A stretch of DNA of 53,939 bases from a virus (Duplodnaviria; Caudoviricetes): IMG/VR virus record IMGVR_UViG_3300032373_000012, positions 1 to 53,939 of that record. The stretch is one strand, 5' to 3'. Positions 25,876 to 34,722 of this stretch are shown here, piece by piece. Below the pieces are notes generated by a model that had not been told where the DNA came from, did not search any database, and saw only the letters and a list, made by a program, of their open reading frames with translations. The first letter of the stretch is position 1. Each line of letters starts with the position of its first letter. Made by a program: the position numbers and the translations under genes.

Positions 25876-26210
25876 TGCCGTTTTACCACCAACTTTACAT
25901 ATTAATTGGATTAAACAGTATCAGTGCAATACTCATACTGACTGCCTTGATGACGCACAAACTAGACGACTTCAGTGCTAAGTACCGTACCTCTATAATG
26001 CTTGTGGGAATAGGCTGTATAGGTCAAATTGCTGTCCTGTTGCAGACTATTAGTTACGGCACTGCACAACAAGAGTACACTAGTATGCTGTACTGGATAG
26101 TAAAAGATACAGGTCTAACTATTTGGTTTACTCTCGCTTTTTACGATATACAGATCAAAAACCTATGTCTGAAATTCTCCGCTAAAAAAGATAAAAAACA
26201 GCATGTATAA
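25875..26210 (+). CDS. Putative holin/antiholin partner
   Basis: Three TM segments, WIVKD.G, basic C-terminus. Confidence 0.55.
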   Translation: MPFYHQLYILIGLNSISAILILTALMTHKLDDFSAKYRTSIMLVGIGCIGQIAVLLQTISYGTAQQEYTSMLYWIVKDTGLTIWFTLAFYDIQIKNLCLKFSAKKDKKQHV

Positions 26211-27561
26211 TTACTCTACCTTAGACAAAGCAGCTACCGCAGGCGATGTTGTTGCCACTAGTGATGCTTTGATCAATCAGATGACAGGTATGGGCGGTAA
26301 GGCTGATAAAGACTCTTACAATCGTTTTGTCAATGAGCCACCTATGGACAACGATGAAATATGCGCTCTGTACATAAACGATTGGTTAGCCAAGAAAGTT
26401 GTCGATGCGATACCTCACGATATGATCAGGCAGTGGAGAACTATCGACGGGTTGACCAAAGAAGAGCTGACTTTGTTCAAGAAAGCAGAAACTGCGTTCA
26501 AGATAAAGACTAAAGTAGAAGAAGCCCAGAAATGGGAACGTTTGAAAGGCGGCGGTGCAATAATCATAGGTATAAAAGGTAGTCGCGGCGCTAACACAAG
26601 GCTTGACATCGATAGTATCGAACAAGGCTCGTTGAACTATCTGCATGTTGTGGATAAAGATTTATTACTTATTCCAGAACTTGAGGACAATCCATCACAC
26701 CCAAATTTCAATCAACCAAAATACTACAAAATAAACGAAACTAAGATACACCCATCGCGTGTTATTCCTTTCTCGGGTGAGGTTGTGCCCCAAGAGGTCA
26801 GAAACGTTTACGGTTACTGGGGGTGCTCAATACTGCAAAAAATGCGAGCAGCTTTAGCCAGAGTAAACGTTGCTTACGGCGCAGGTTCGGCTATGCTGCA
26901 TGAAGCCAGTATCGATATTATCTCTGTACAAGGACTATTCAACCTAATGGGAGACTGTTCGGGAGAAGCTGCACTTATGCGCAGACTCACTATGTCGAAC
27001 CTGATGAAGTCTAACCACAATGCCCTGATTAAAGATATTGATGAAGAGTTCACGAAAATAACACAAAATTTCGCAGGTATACCAGATATGATACGCGAGA
27101 TGGTTATTGCTATTTCGGGCGCGTCAGAAACCCCAATTACACGCTTGTTGGGTATTTCTCCGAGTGGACTTAATGCTACAGGCCAATCTGATTTGGTCAA
27201 CTACTACGACACAGTGGCTTCGCGTCAAGAATTGGCGCTTGGCCCTAAATTAGGCGTGCTTGACAAAATACTGCAACTTCATGTATTTGGACGAGAAATT
27301 GACTCTTTTGAGAGCACGTTCAACCCATTGTGGCAACCAAACAGCACAGAACAGAGCGAAATACTAGAAAAGAACATGGAAGCTCATGAAAAAGCTAGTA
27401 CTATCTTGCCTCATAAGGTTATACTTAAATCTATTCAGCAGGAAGGCCACTACGACATCTCTGACGAAGAGATAGATGCGCAAGTAGAAAAAGGTTTTAA
27501 TATCCTGCCGACAACTAAACCAGACACTGACGACAATGCCACAAAAAAGAATAGCGAATAA
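26203..27561 (+). CDS. Portal protein (DUF1073 type)
   Basis: WLAKKVVDAIPHDMIRQW, RLKGGG, IHPSRV, PITRLLGISPSGLNATGQSDLVNYYD, FNPLW. Confidence 0.93.
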   Translation: MYNYSTLDKAATAGDVVATSDALINQMTGMGGKADKDSYNRFVNEPPMDNDEICALYINDWLAKKVVDAIPHDMIRQWRTIDGLTKEELTLFKKAETAFKIKTKVEEAQKWERLKGGGAIIIGIKGSRGANTRLDIDSIEQGSLNYLHVVDKDLLLIPELEDNPSHPNFNQPKYYKINETKIHPSRVIPFSGEVVPQEVRNVYGYWGCSILQKMRAALARVNVAYGAGSAMLHEASIDIISVQGLFNLMGDCSGEAALMRRLTMSNLMKSNHNALIKDIDEEFTKITQNFAGIPDMIREMVIAISGASETPITRLLGISPSGLNATGQSDLVNYYDTVASRQELALGPKLGVLDKILQLHVFGREIDSFESTFNPLWQPNSTEQSEILEKNMEAHEKASTILPHKVILKSIQQEGHYDISDEEIDAQVEKGFNILPTTKPDTDDNATKKNSE

Positions 27562-28702
27562 CGATTTTAACCACAGCGTAGGTACGCAGACTACGACTGC
27601 GCAAGGTTTTATTCTTGCGGATATTGTTTTGGCCAGAACCGGTGTTCTGGAGTATACTGGTGCTCAAATAGGGCGGCCAGATAAAGCAGATAAAGTGTTC
27701 AAGGTCTATCGTCCTGAATCCTCTTTGAGCAACAAGGAGACAATAAAAAGTTTTGAATTAGCCCCTTTTACCGTCAACCACCCAAGCGGTGATAACGCCC
27801 CTGACGGGATGCTTAACCCGCAGAACGTCAAAGAGTTCTCAGAAGGTACTCTCACAGAAAACGTTACTTTTTCTGACGGAACATTGAAAAGTCAGGTGTT
27901 AATCACCACTGACGGGGCACAAGAAGCGTTAGACTATATGCAGGAGTCGTCTATTGGTTTTTATTCCAGTTACGATTTCACAGAAGGCACGACGCCTTGT
28001 GGCGAGCATTACGACGCGATACAATTAAATATAGAAGGCAACCATGTCGCTCTTGTTGAGTCAGGGCGTAGTGGTCAAAGATGTAAAGTACTAGACTCTA
28101 AACTTAACCCTAACGGAGGTGGCCAAATGCCAGACCCAACTAAAAAAGAAAATCTTGTCACCTTGAAGGTTGCAGGAAAGGACTGTAGTATGACGGAGGT
28201 TAGTAGTGTTTACGTTACGCAGACACTCGACGCTCAAGAAGCTACTATCAACGAACAAAAAACAAAACTTGACGCTGTTGAAACAGCACAAGCAACTTCT
28301 GACGCTAAGATAGATTCACTTGAGAAAGAATTAGCGGCTGCGAAGAAATTAACTTCTCCAGAAGCTTTACAGGCAAGTATCGATGCGCGTGTGGAATTGG
28401 TTGAAAAAGCCAAAACACTAGACGCAGACATCGACACTAAAGGTAAGGACGACCTTACTATTATGCGTGAAGCCATTGTCGCGAATAACGACAGTGTTTC
28501 GCTAGAAGGTAAATCTGACGCCTATGTTACTTCTTACTTCGACATTATTGTGGAAAAAGCTGAAGCAAGCCTCGACGAAGAGCTAGGTGGGAGCGTCAAA
28601 AATTTGGACAAAAAACCTGTCCTATCAATTCAAGCAGCCAGAGCCAACGTAGCAAAGATTCACGCTAAAGGGTTTGTGGGCAATAACATTGGAGATCAAT
28701 AA
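27536..28702 (+). CDS. Prohead protease/scaffold (DUF2213 type)
   Basis: ARTGVLEY, VYRP, TVNHP, SIGF, NHVALVESGRSG; coiled-coil C-terminus. Confidence 0.92.
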   Translation: MPQKRIANNDFNHSVGTQTTTAQGFILADIVLARTGVLEYTGAQIGRPDKADKVFKVYRPESSLSNKETIKSFELAPFTVNHPSGDNAPDGMLNPQNVKEFSEGTLTENVTFSDGTLKSQVLITTDGAQEALDYMQESSIGFYSSYDFTEGTTPCGEHYDAIQLNIEGNHVALVESGRSGQRCKVLDSKLNPNGGGQMPDPTKKENLVTLKVAGKDCSMTEVSSVYVTQTLDAQEATINEQKTKLDAVETAQATSDAKIDSLEKELAAAKKLTSPEALQASIDARVELVEKAKTLDADIDTKGKDDLTIMREAIVANNDSVSLEGKSDAYVTSYFDIIVEKAEASLDEELGGSVKNLDKKPVLSIQAARANVAKIHAKGFVGNNIGDQ

Positions 28703-29259
28703 TGAGCTATTTTCAAACTAATTATGCCGAACAGATCGGCACAGCATACGCAGGTATGCTTGCGGACACTACTACTGCGGAAGTTATCTCTGCTTCAGCC
28801 GCAGTGTCTGATATACGTTACGGTTCTGCTGTTTCTATAGAGCCGTTAGGACCAACTTCTGTTGTAACCAAAGTATCTGTTACTGAGAACACAGAAACTA
28901 GTGGTCTAGGCGATAGATTCTTTGGTGTCGCTGTTAGAGAACACGTAAGAGAAGGTGACAGAACACCGTTGGTACTTCCTTTCGGCGATGGAGAAACTTC
29001 TTACATTAAACCTGAAGAGACAGTCTCTGTTCTAAAACGCGGTAGAATCTGGGTTGAACTGTACGAAGATGTCTGGGCTGATAGAGAAGCCTATATCTAC
29101 TACAACGTCGCAGCACCTACAGAGAAGCTAGGGGCTTTTGGTATGGGAACTGACGCAGTTAATACTATCGCTGTCGCTTCTACCGGTTCTGGTTGGTTCA
29201 GAGCTAAATTCGTAACATCTGGGTCGGCTGGCGGTTTAGCTGTACTAGAAATTAAATAA
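28702..29259 (+). CDS. Capsid decoration/cement protein
   Basis: AYAGMLAD, FFGVAVR, VLKRGRIWV; position before capsid gene. Confidence 0.8.
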   Translation: MSYFQTNYAEQIGTAYAGMLADTTTAEVISASAAVSDIRYGSAVSIEPLGPTSVVTKVSVTENTETSGLGDRFFGVAVREHVREGDRTPLVLPFGDGETSYIKPEETVSVLKRGRIWVELYEDVWADREAYIYYNVAAPTEKLGAFGMGTDAVNTIAVASTGSGWFRAKFVTSGSAGGLAVLEIK

Positions 29260-29269
29260 GGAGCAAATT

Positions 29270-30196
29270 ATGCCAAAATACGCAAATTTAGACGCCGCTG
29301 AAACTCAATACTTTGATAATGAGCTAACGCGCCTACAAGCTAAAGCAATCGAAACAATCTACGCAGATTTATCTTTCCGTAGATTGTTCCCTATTAACCA
29401 CGAAGGGCACCCTGCCGACGAGCACATTACGTTTCAAATTTATGATGCGGTTGGTTCGGCTAAAATCATCGCGGCTTACGCTGACGACTTGCCTGCTGCT
29501 GATGTGTCTGCTAGAGAGATTTCTTTCCCTATCCGATCTATTGGTACATCGTATCGCTATTCGGTTCATGAGATCATGGCGGCACAAAAAACAGGTAAAC
29601 CATTACAGCAACGAAAAGTTAACGCCTGTAATCGAGCTGTTGAGCAGACGTTAAACAATATTGCTTGGAACGGTGATGCAGAATCAGGCTTATTGGGCTT
29701 CTTAGGAAACCCTAACGTACCTGTGTCCACAGTTATTGATCCTGGTGCAGGTACTGAGTGGGTTAACAAAACACCTGATCAGATACTCGACGATATTAAC
29801 ACTATCTTCTCTGCGCAGGATGAAGTCACTAACCAAAGTGAACAGTCTACTGTGCTGATGCTTCCTGTCAAGCAGTGGAACTACATAAGCAACACCCGTC
29901 TGAGTGCTGATAGTGAAACAACGATTATGCAGTATCTAATCAAGAATAGTTCTTGGTTAACAAGCCAGGCTAGTATCCAGAAAGTTAGAGAGCTTAAAGG
30001 TATTGGCGCAGGCGGTACAGACGTTATGTACATTTACAACCCTGACCCTGATAAGTTAGAAATGCACATAACTTTAGAGATTGACTTCCTGGAACCACAG
30101 CAAGTCAACTTATCCTATAAGGTTCCTGCATGGGCGAGATGTGGCGGTTTACACATTTACTACCCTATGTCAGTTTCCAGAGCAGAAGGTATTTAA
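29270..30196 (+). CDS. Major capsid protein (DUF2184 type, HK97 fold)
   Basis: GSAKIIA..ADDLP, AWNGD..GLLGFLGNPNV, WVNKTPDQILDDI, GGLHIYYP. Confidence 0.92.
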   Translation: MPKYANLDAAETQYFDNELTRLQAKAIETIYADLSFRRLFPINHEGHPADEHITFQIYDAVGSAKIIAAYADDLPAADVSAREISFPIRSIGTSYRYSVHEIMAAQKTGKPLQQRKVNACNRAVEQTLNNIAWNGDAESGLLGFLGNPNVPVSTVIDPGAGTEWVNKTPDQILDDINTIFSAQDEVTNQSEQSTVLMLPVKQWNYISNTRLSADSETTIMQYLIKNSSWLTSQASIQKVRELKGIGAGGTDVMYIYNPDPDKLEMHITLEIDFLEPQQVNLSYKVPAWARCGGLHIYYPMSVSRAEGI

Positions 30197-30198
30197 TT

Positions 30199-30621
30199 AT
30201 GTTAAAAGTAGTAAACAAAACAGCTAGAATGATGACGCTGAATTTAATGGTAAAAGGGTCGGCAACTGCCGTCTCTTTTATTCCTGGTAAACAAGAGACG
30301 GTCAAGGACAAAGCGTTAGCTTCGGCTATAAAAAGTAACGCTTATTTCAAGGCTAATGTCGAAGCAGGTAATCTGTCTTTTAAGGCAGGAGGTACGGCTG
30401 AAAAAACCGCTGAAGAAAAAACTACGTACAAGTTTGAAGACGTGGAAAGTTTTTTACAAGGTAACGTTGATCTTGTCTCTGAGCGAGCTACAACTCTAAG
30501 TTTAGAGCAACTTCAGGAAGCCATTACTGCGGAAGAAGACAGAGAAGAAAGAGAAGGTGAGAAACCTAGAAAAACTCTTTTGAAAGCACTTGTCAAAGCA
30601 GCAGAAGCTTTAGCGGAGTAA
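30199..30621 (+). CDS. Hypothetical head-associated protein
   Basis: Start reassigned to ATG 30199; C-terminal E..EKPRKTLL helix. Confidence 0.65.
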   Translation: MLKVVNKTARMMTLNLMVKGSATAVSFIPGKQETVKDKALASAIKSNAYFKANVEAGNLSFKAGGTAEKTAEEKTTYKFEDVESFLQGNVDLVSERATTLSLEQLQEAITAEEDREEREGEKPRKTLLKALVKAAEALAE

Positions 30622-30624
30622 TTT

Positions 30625-31071
30625 GTGGCAATAGATTTGACACAGCAAAGGTTCTTTGAGTTAATGCCGCAATTTAGCGGCATTAATGCTGACGGCATTG
30701 CTTTACTCACACAAGAGCTGTTTATGGCTAATTTAATCGTGTGTTGCAGTAAATGGGGCCTTAAATGTGAGATGGGACGTGCACTGTTAGTCGCGCATTA
30801 TTTGTCTCAATACCTAGAGTTGCTTGTAGAAGCAGAATTAGACCCAGAAACAGGTGGTGGGACTGAGATGATCACCCCGCGTATAGCTATGGAGAAAGTA
30901 GGTGAGGTAGAGACTCGATTCAGAGCAGCAGCCAGTGCAAACAACGGCAGTAACGAGAACAACGACGTCAATACTCAAGACATGCGCACAACATTGTACG
31001 GAAGAAGATATTTAGCGTTACTTAGAAGTTTGGGCGGTATTTTGACAAATACAAGCGCCGCACACATCTAA
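30625..31071 (+). CDS. Head-tail adaptor (DUF4054 type)
   Basis: F..PQF, LLVAHYL, KVGEV, TLYGRRYLALL. Confidence 0.85.
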   Translation: MAIDLTQQRFFELMPQFSGINADGIALLTQELFMANLIVCCSKWGLKCEMGRALLVAHYLSQYLELLVEAELDPETGGGTEMITPRIAMEKVGEVETRFRAAASANNGSNENNDVNTQDMRTTLYGRRYLALLRSLGGILTNTSAAHI

Positions 31072-31517
31072 TGCAAGTAACAAGAGGTTTTTCCTTTAAG
31101 AGAGTCAACCAACTGCTAGGGCAGGGCGACAGAAAGCACAGTGTCCAGGTTGGTTTTTTTAACGGAGCAACTTACCCTAAAAGAGGGAACATAACTGTGG
31201 CGCAAGTAGCACTATGGAATGAGTACGGGTACAACAATGGTCCAGAAAGACCGTTTATCCGAACAGCTTTTAGAAAGACAGCAAACAACATAACCTTAAT
31301 ACGTATGTTAGGGAGAGAGATCGTTGCAGGCAAACTAACGATGGACGCAGCACTGAACATGCTAGGTAGGCAGGCGGTGACTACGCTGAAAGAGTCTATG
31401 GAGGACTTCGGAAATAAACGTGACAACGAGCCATCAACTGTGGCCAGAAAAGGTTTCAATAGACCTTTGTTTGAAACTAACTTAATGTACGACAACGTAA
31501 TGTTCGAGAAAATATAA
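31071..31517 (+). CDS. Neck/tail completion protein
   Basis: VQVGF..ATY, VALWNEYG, PERPFIR, N.PSTVARKGFNRPL. Confidence 0.85.
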   Translation: MQVTRGFSFKRVNQLLGQGDRKHSVQVGFFNGATYPKRGNITVAQVALWNEYGYNNGPERPFIRTAFRKTANNITLIRMLGREIVAGKLTMDAALNMLGRQAVTTLKESMEDFGNKRDNEPSTVARKGFNRPLFETNLMYDNVMFEKI

Positions 31518-31903
31518 TGCGGATAAACAAAACAGTCAAAAGAGCGATACAAAGAAGGTCTTTTCCTATGACTGTGACGACTACGCCTTCCGTTTTAGAT
31601 ACAGCTATCGGTGAGTACGTGGACGGAACCCCTACGGTTGTAACAGCCAAAGGCTGCTTCCAACAAATAAATAGATTCGACAACTACCTGGGTGACGAAT
31701 TAATGTCGTTGACTGAAGGCGAAAGATTAGAAGCTTCTACTGTATTGTGGACACTGCACCAAGTAAGCACAGGCACTGACGGTGAGGTTAAAGCAGATGT
31801 AGTGACTGAAACAAGAACAGGGCGACAGTACAAAGTATTGGCTGTGCGCGATAAACTTTACGGTAGTTTCTACCGTGCGGTATTAGGTGATATTCGTGCC
31901 TAG
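31517..31903 (+). CDS. Head closure protein
   Basis: GEYVDG, LTEGER, ADVV, QYKV; synteny. Confidence 0.7.
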   Translation: MRINKTVKRAIQRRSFPMTVTTTPSVLDTAIGEYVDGTPTVVTAKGCFQQINRFDNYLGDELMSLTEGERLEASTVLWTLHQVSTGTDGEVKADVVTETRTGRQYKVLAVRDKLYGSFYRAVLGDIRA

Positions 31904-32456
31904 TATCACACAAGACCAATTGACCGAACCGCTTATCGCATGGTTGCACACGGTAACAGGACTACCTTTTCTGAAAGCCAGTAGAGAGGTTAGTAGAAAA
32001 GTTGACCAATACGGTACAGTCAGGATTATCCACAGTAGGCGTAGAGCTATACCTGAACAAACTTTTGAAGATGATCCAGGCGATGTAGATAAATTAGTAG
32101 AAGAAGTCAGGCTCTGGCAAGAGGTAACTTTTTCTGTTCAAGTGTATAGGGACAGTAATACGTTGAATGCGCTTGACATAGCTCATGACATAGAGTTAAA
32201 CTTAGCTCTATCGACAGCACAAGAATATTTTTCTGTTAACGGCCTTGGCCTGATAAATGTAAGTAGAGTAAAAGGGTTTGACGTACTTGTGGCAAATGTC
32301 ATGGAACCGCGAGCAAACATAGATTTAACGTTCAATGTCTATCAGTATGTGACAGACAGTGTGGACAAAGTAGAAGGTATAACGGTTGAGGCTACCGTCG
32401 AAGGTAATGACGGGCAACCTCTCACACAAACACAATTAACAACTAGGAGTACCTAA
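31887..32456 (+). CDS. Tail terminator/neck protein
   Basis: FSVQVY, EPRANIDLTF; precedes sheath. Confidence 0.7.
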   Translation: MIFVPSITQDQLTEPLIAWLHTVTGLPFLKASREVSRKVDQYGTVRIIHSRRRAIPEQTFEDDPGDVDKLVEEVRLWQEVTFSVQVYRDSNTLNALDIAHDIELNLALSTAQEYFSVNGLGLINVSRVKGFDVLVANVMEPRANIDLTFNVYQYVTDSVDKVEGITVEATVEGNDGQPLTQTQLTTRST

Positions 32457-33617
32457 ATGGCACAAATAGACTTACCAATTTCGAGAGTGCTAGATGTAGC
32501 TATTACTCGCGACACGTTGTTTCCTACAGAACAGGGGTTCGGCACATTGCTGATTGTAACCTCTGAAGTAGGTACAGGCACTGCGCCAGTAGACGCAACC
32601 ACCCGAACTAAACTTTACGCCGATGCAGCCGAAGTTGCTGTGGACTATGGGTCTACTCAAGAAACTTATTTAGCTGCGCTACAGGCTTTCAGTATAACCC
32701 CTGCCCCGTTGTTCATTAAGATAGGGTTCAGAACTGCGGCTAACGCAGTTACTGACGAACTAGACCTAATTGAAGCATACGACGATGATTGGTACGGACT
32801 CGTTTTCACCAAAGAAATGCGCGACGACTATCAAATTACGGCAACTGACCAAGTTCCATTGGTAGCTGCTTGGGCAGAAGCAAGAATAAAATTGTACTAC
32901 ACAGTTACGAATGACATCTTGACAGAAGGTCTGGCTGATCCTACTTTACATACAGCAGGTCAAATGGCGTTAGCGGCTTGGGACAGAAGTAGCGCAAACT
33001 ACCATCACGAAGACGACGAATACTTGGACGTAGCTGCACTTACTCGATTGTTACGTACTAACTTTAATGCTACCGACTCGACGATCACGCTTAAATTTAA
33101 ACGTCTTCCGGGCATAACACCTATTCAGCGTTCTTCTGGGGTAGTGACCAAGATTACCGGCTTTGTACCTGGCCAAGGGCATGTTACTAACCAAGGTAAT
33201 TTTGCGAATACTTACGTCACTATCGGCGGTAAAGACATGTATGTAGAAGGCAACATGGCTTCTGGTGAATGGGCTGATACAATGCACGGAGTTGATTGGC
33301 TTCAAAGCCGTATTGCTTCACGAGTGTTCGGTGTACTTACTAGTAAAGGTAAAGTACCTTACACGAATAAAGGTGTACAATTACTAGTCGACGAAGTTGG
33401 TTTCGCTTTAGAAGATGGTGTACGTAACGGGCTTATTGCTACAGGAGATTTAGACGAGAACGGTGATTTAATACCGCCTTACGAGATCACTGTGAATAGA
33501 GTCTCCACAGTTCCGACTGCGCAGAGAGCTAATCGTATCGCACCAACAATCCAATTTTCTGCTCGCCTAGCGGGTGCAATCCATTATGCCGTAATTAACG
33601 GCAATGTTACAGTTTAG
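32457..33617 (+). CDS. Tail sheath protein (DUF3383 type)
   Basis: TLKFKRLPG, G.MASGEWADTMHGVDWL, KVPYTNKG, LAGAIH. Confidence 0.92.
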   Translation: MAQIDLPISRVLDVAITRDTLFPTEQGFGTLLIVTSEVGTGTAPVDATTRTKLYADAAEVAVDYGSTQETYLAALQAFSITPAPLFIKIGFRTAANAVTDELDLIEAYDDDWYGLVFTKEMRDDYQITATDQVPLVAAWAEARIKLYYTVTNDILTEGLADPTLHTAGQMALAAWDRSSANYHHEDDEYLDVAALTRLLRTNFNATDSTITLKFKRLPGITPIQRSSGVVTKITGFVPGQGHVTNQGNFANTYVTIGGKDMYVEGNMASGEWADTMHGVDWLQSRIASRVFGVLTSKGKVPYTNKGVQLLVDEVGFALEDGVRNGLIATGDLDENGDLIPPYEITVNRVSTVPTAQRANRIAPTIQFSARLAGAIHYAVINGNVTV

Positions 33618-33626
33618 GAGACTGCT

Positions 33627-34067
33627 ATGAAAGGTGATTTAACAACGTACAGTTTTGACAAAGTGGCTGTGAATGTAGATGGCGTGACCATCGAAGGGTT
33701 CTGGGAAGGTGACGACGCAGTTACTGTAGAAGACGGTGCTGACATAACTACGTCCTCAGTAGGCGCGGGTGGAGAAGCGATCGTTTCTGTTTCGACAGAT
33801 CAGTCGGCCATAATTAAGATAAAGCTTCAGCATACCAGTACAGGGCACTCAAAGCTTACTTCTTTGCACCAACACTTCAAAGAAAGTGGTGGTAAGGTGT
33901 TCAGTGTTGGCGTTAACGATATCGGAACAGGGGAAGGTACTTACGCCTCTAACTGTGTGATGAAAGAAGCACCTACACGCGGTCTTGGCCAGAATGCGTC
34001 AATGCGTGAATGGACAATATTCTCTGCAAGAGCATTGCCTAACACTGTCGCGTACAACGGCTTATAA
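33627..34067 (+). CDS. Tail tube protein (DUF3277 type)
   Basis: TYSFDKV, VGAGG, IKLQHTS, REWTI. Confidence 0.85.
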   Translation: MKGDLTTYSFDKVAVNVDGVTIEGFWEGDDAVTVEDGADITTSSVGAGGEAIVSVSTDQSAIIKIKLQHTSTGHSKLTSLHQHFKESGGKVFSVGVNDIGTGEGTYASNCVMKEAPTRGLGQNASMREWTIFSARALPNTVAYNGL

Positions 34068-34090
34068 ATAATAGAAAACTGAGAAGATAA

Positions 34091-34540
34091 ATGAATAAAG
34101 ATTTTAAAAAGAAGTTTAAATATGATGGCGGCGCGATAGAGTTATCTACACGTAAACTACCTGTCAAAGAACAGTTGCGTTTAAAAATGCAACTTGTTCA
34201 GATGTTCGCAGATGTGGCAGGTGCCATCGGTTCCATTTTTACGCAAGAAGAGGCTGATAGCGAAGATTTAGCTCCGGCTATAATGCAATTCACCTCTTCA
34301 CTAAAAACGCTTGATGCAGAAGAGCTAATAGACTTACTGGTTACTCTTTGTGAGCACACCGCTGAAGTAGGTCCAGATAAAGGTAGGGTTGCCTACGATT
34401 TTGTTTTTGACAACTTACCTTTGTTGATGACCTACCGAGTAGCGTTATGGGTGCTTGAGGTGAACTTCAAGGATTTTATTTCAGGAACCGGCCTACTTAC
34501 AACGCTCAAGAAGATGGGCGACCAGGTTCCCAAGCTTTAG
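34091..34540 (+). CDS. Tail assembly chaperone
   Basis: Between tube and tape measure; ends LEVNFKDF. Confidence 0.8.
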   Translation: MNKDFKKKFKYDGGAIELSTRKLPVKEQLRLKMQLVQMFADVAGAIGSIFTQEEADSEDLAPAIMQFTSSLKTLDAEELIDLLVTLCEHTAEVGPDKGRVAYDFVFDNLPLLMTYRVALWVLEVNFKDFISGTGLLTTLKKMGDQVPKL

Positions 34541-34722
34541 CTAAAAAAATACCGCAGATAGCACCGAATTTAGACTTATACTTGTGGCGACCTGTGATCA
34601 GCGAGCCGCCACTTTGTACGTTAACGCAGATAAATGACGGCACCATTGACATTAACGACTTAGCCGATATGCACGAGGCTTTGGATTTGCTACAAGAGTT
34701 TAATAAACCTAATGATAATTGA
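34471..34722 (+). CDS. -1 frameshift extension of tail assembly chaperone
   Basis: Not in track; G GAT TTT at 34471; -1 frame open 34459-34722 encodes LWRPV..LCTL..DGT...DLADMHEALD. Confidence 0.75.
   Translation, partial: GFYFRNRPTYNAQEDGRPGSQALAKKIPQIAPNLDLYLWRPVISEPPLCTLTQINDGTIDINDLADMHEALDLLQEFNKPNDN

Noticed and set aside
26203-27561. DUF1073 protein as anti-CBASS Acb1, a label some databases attach to this family
   Set aside because: Size, motifs and position before the protease and capsid genes identify it as the portal
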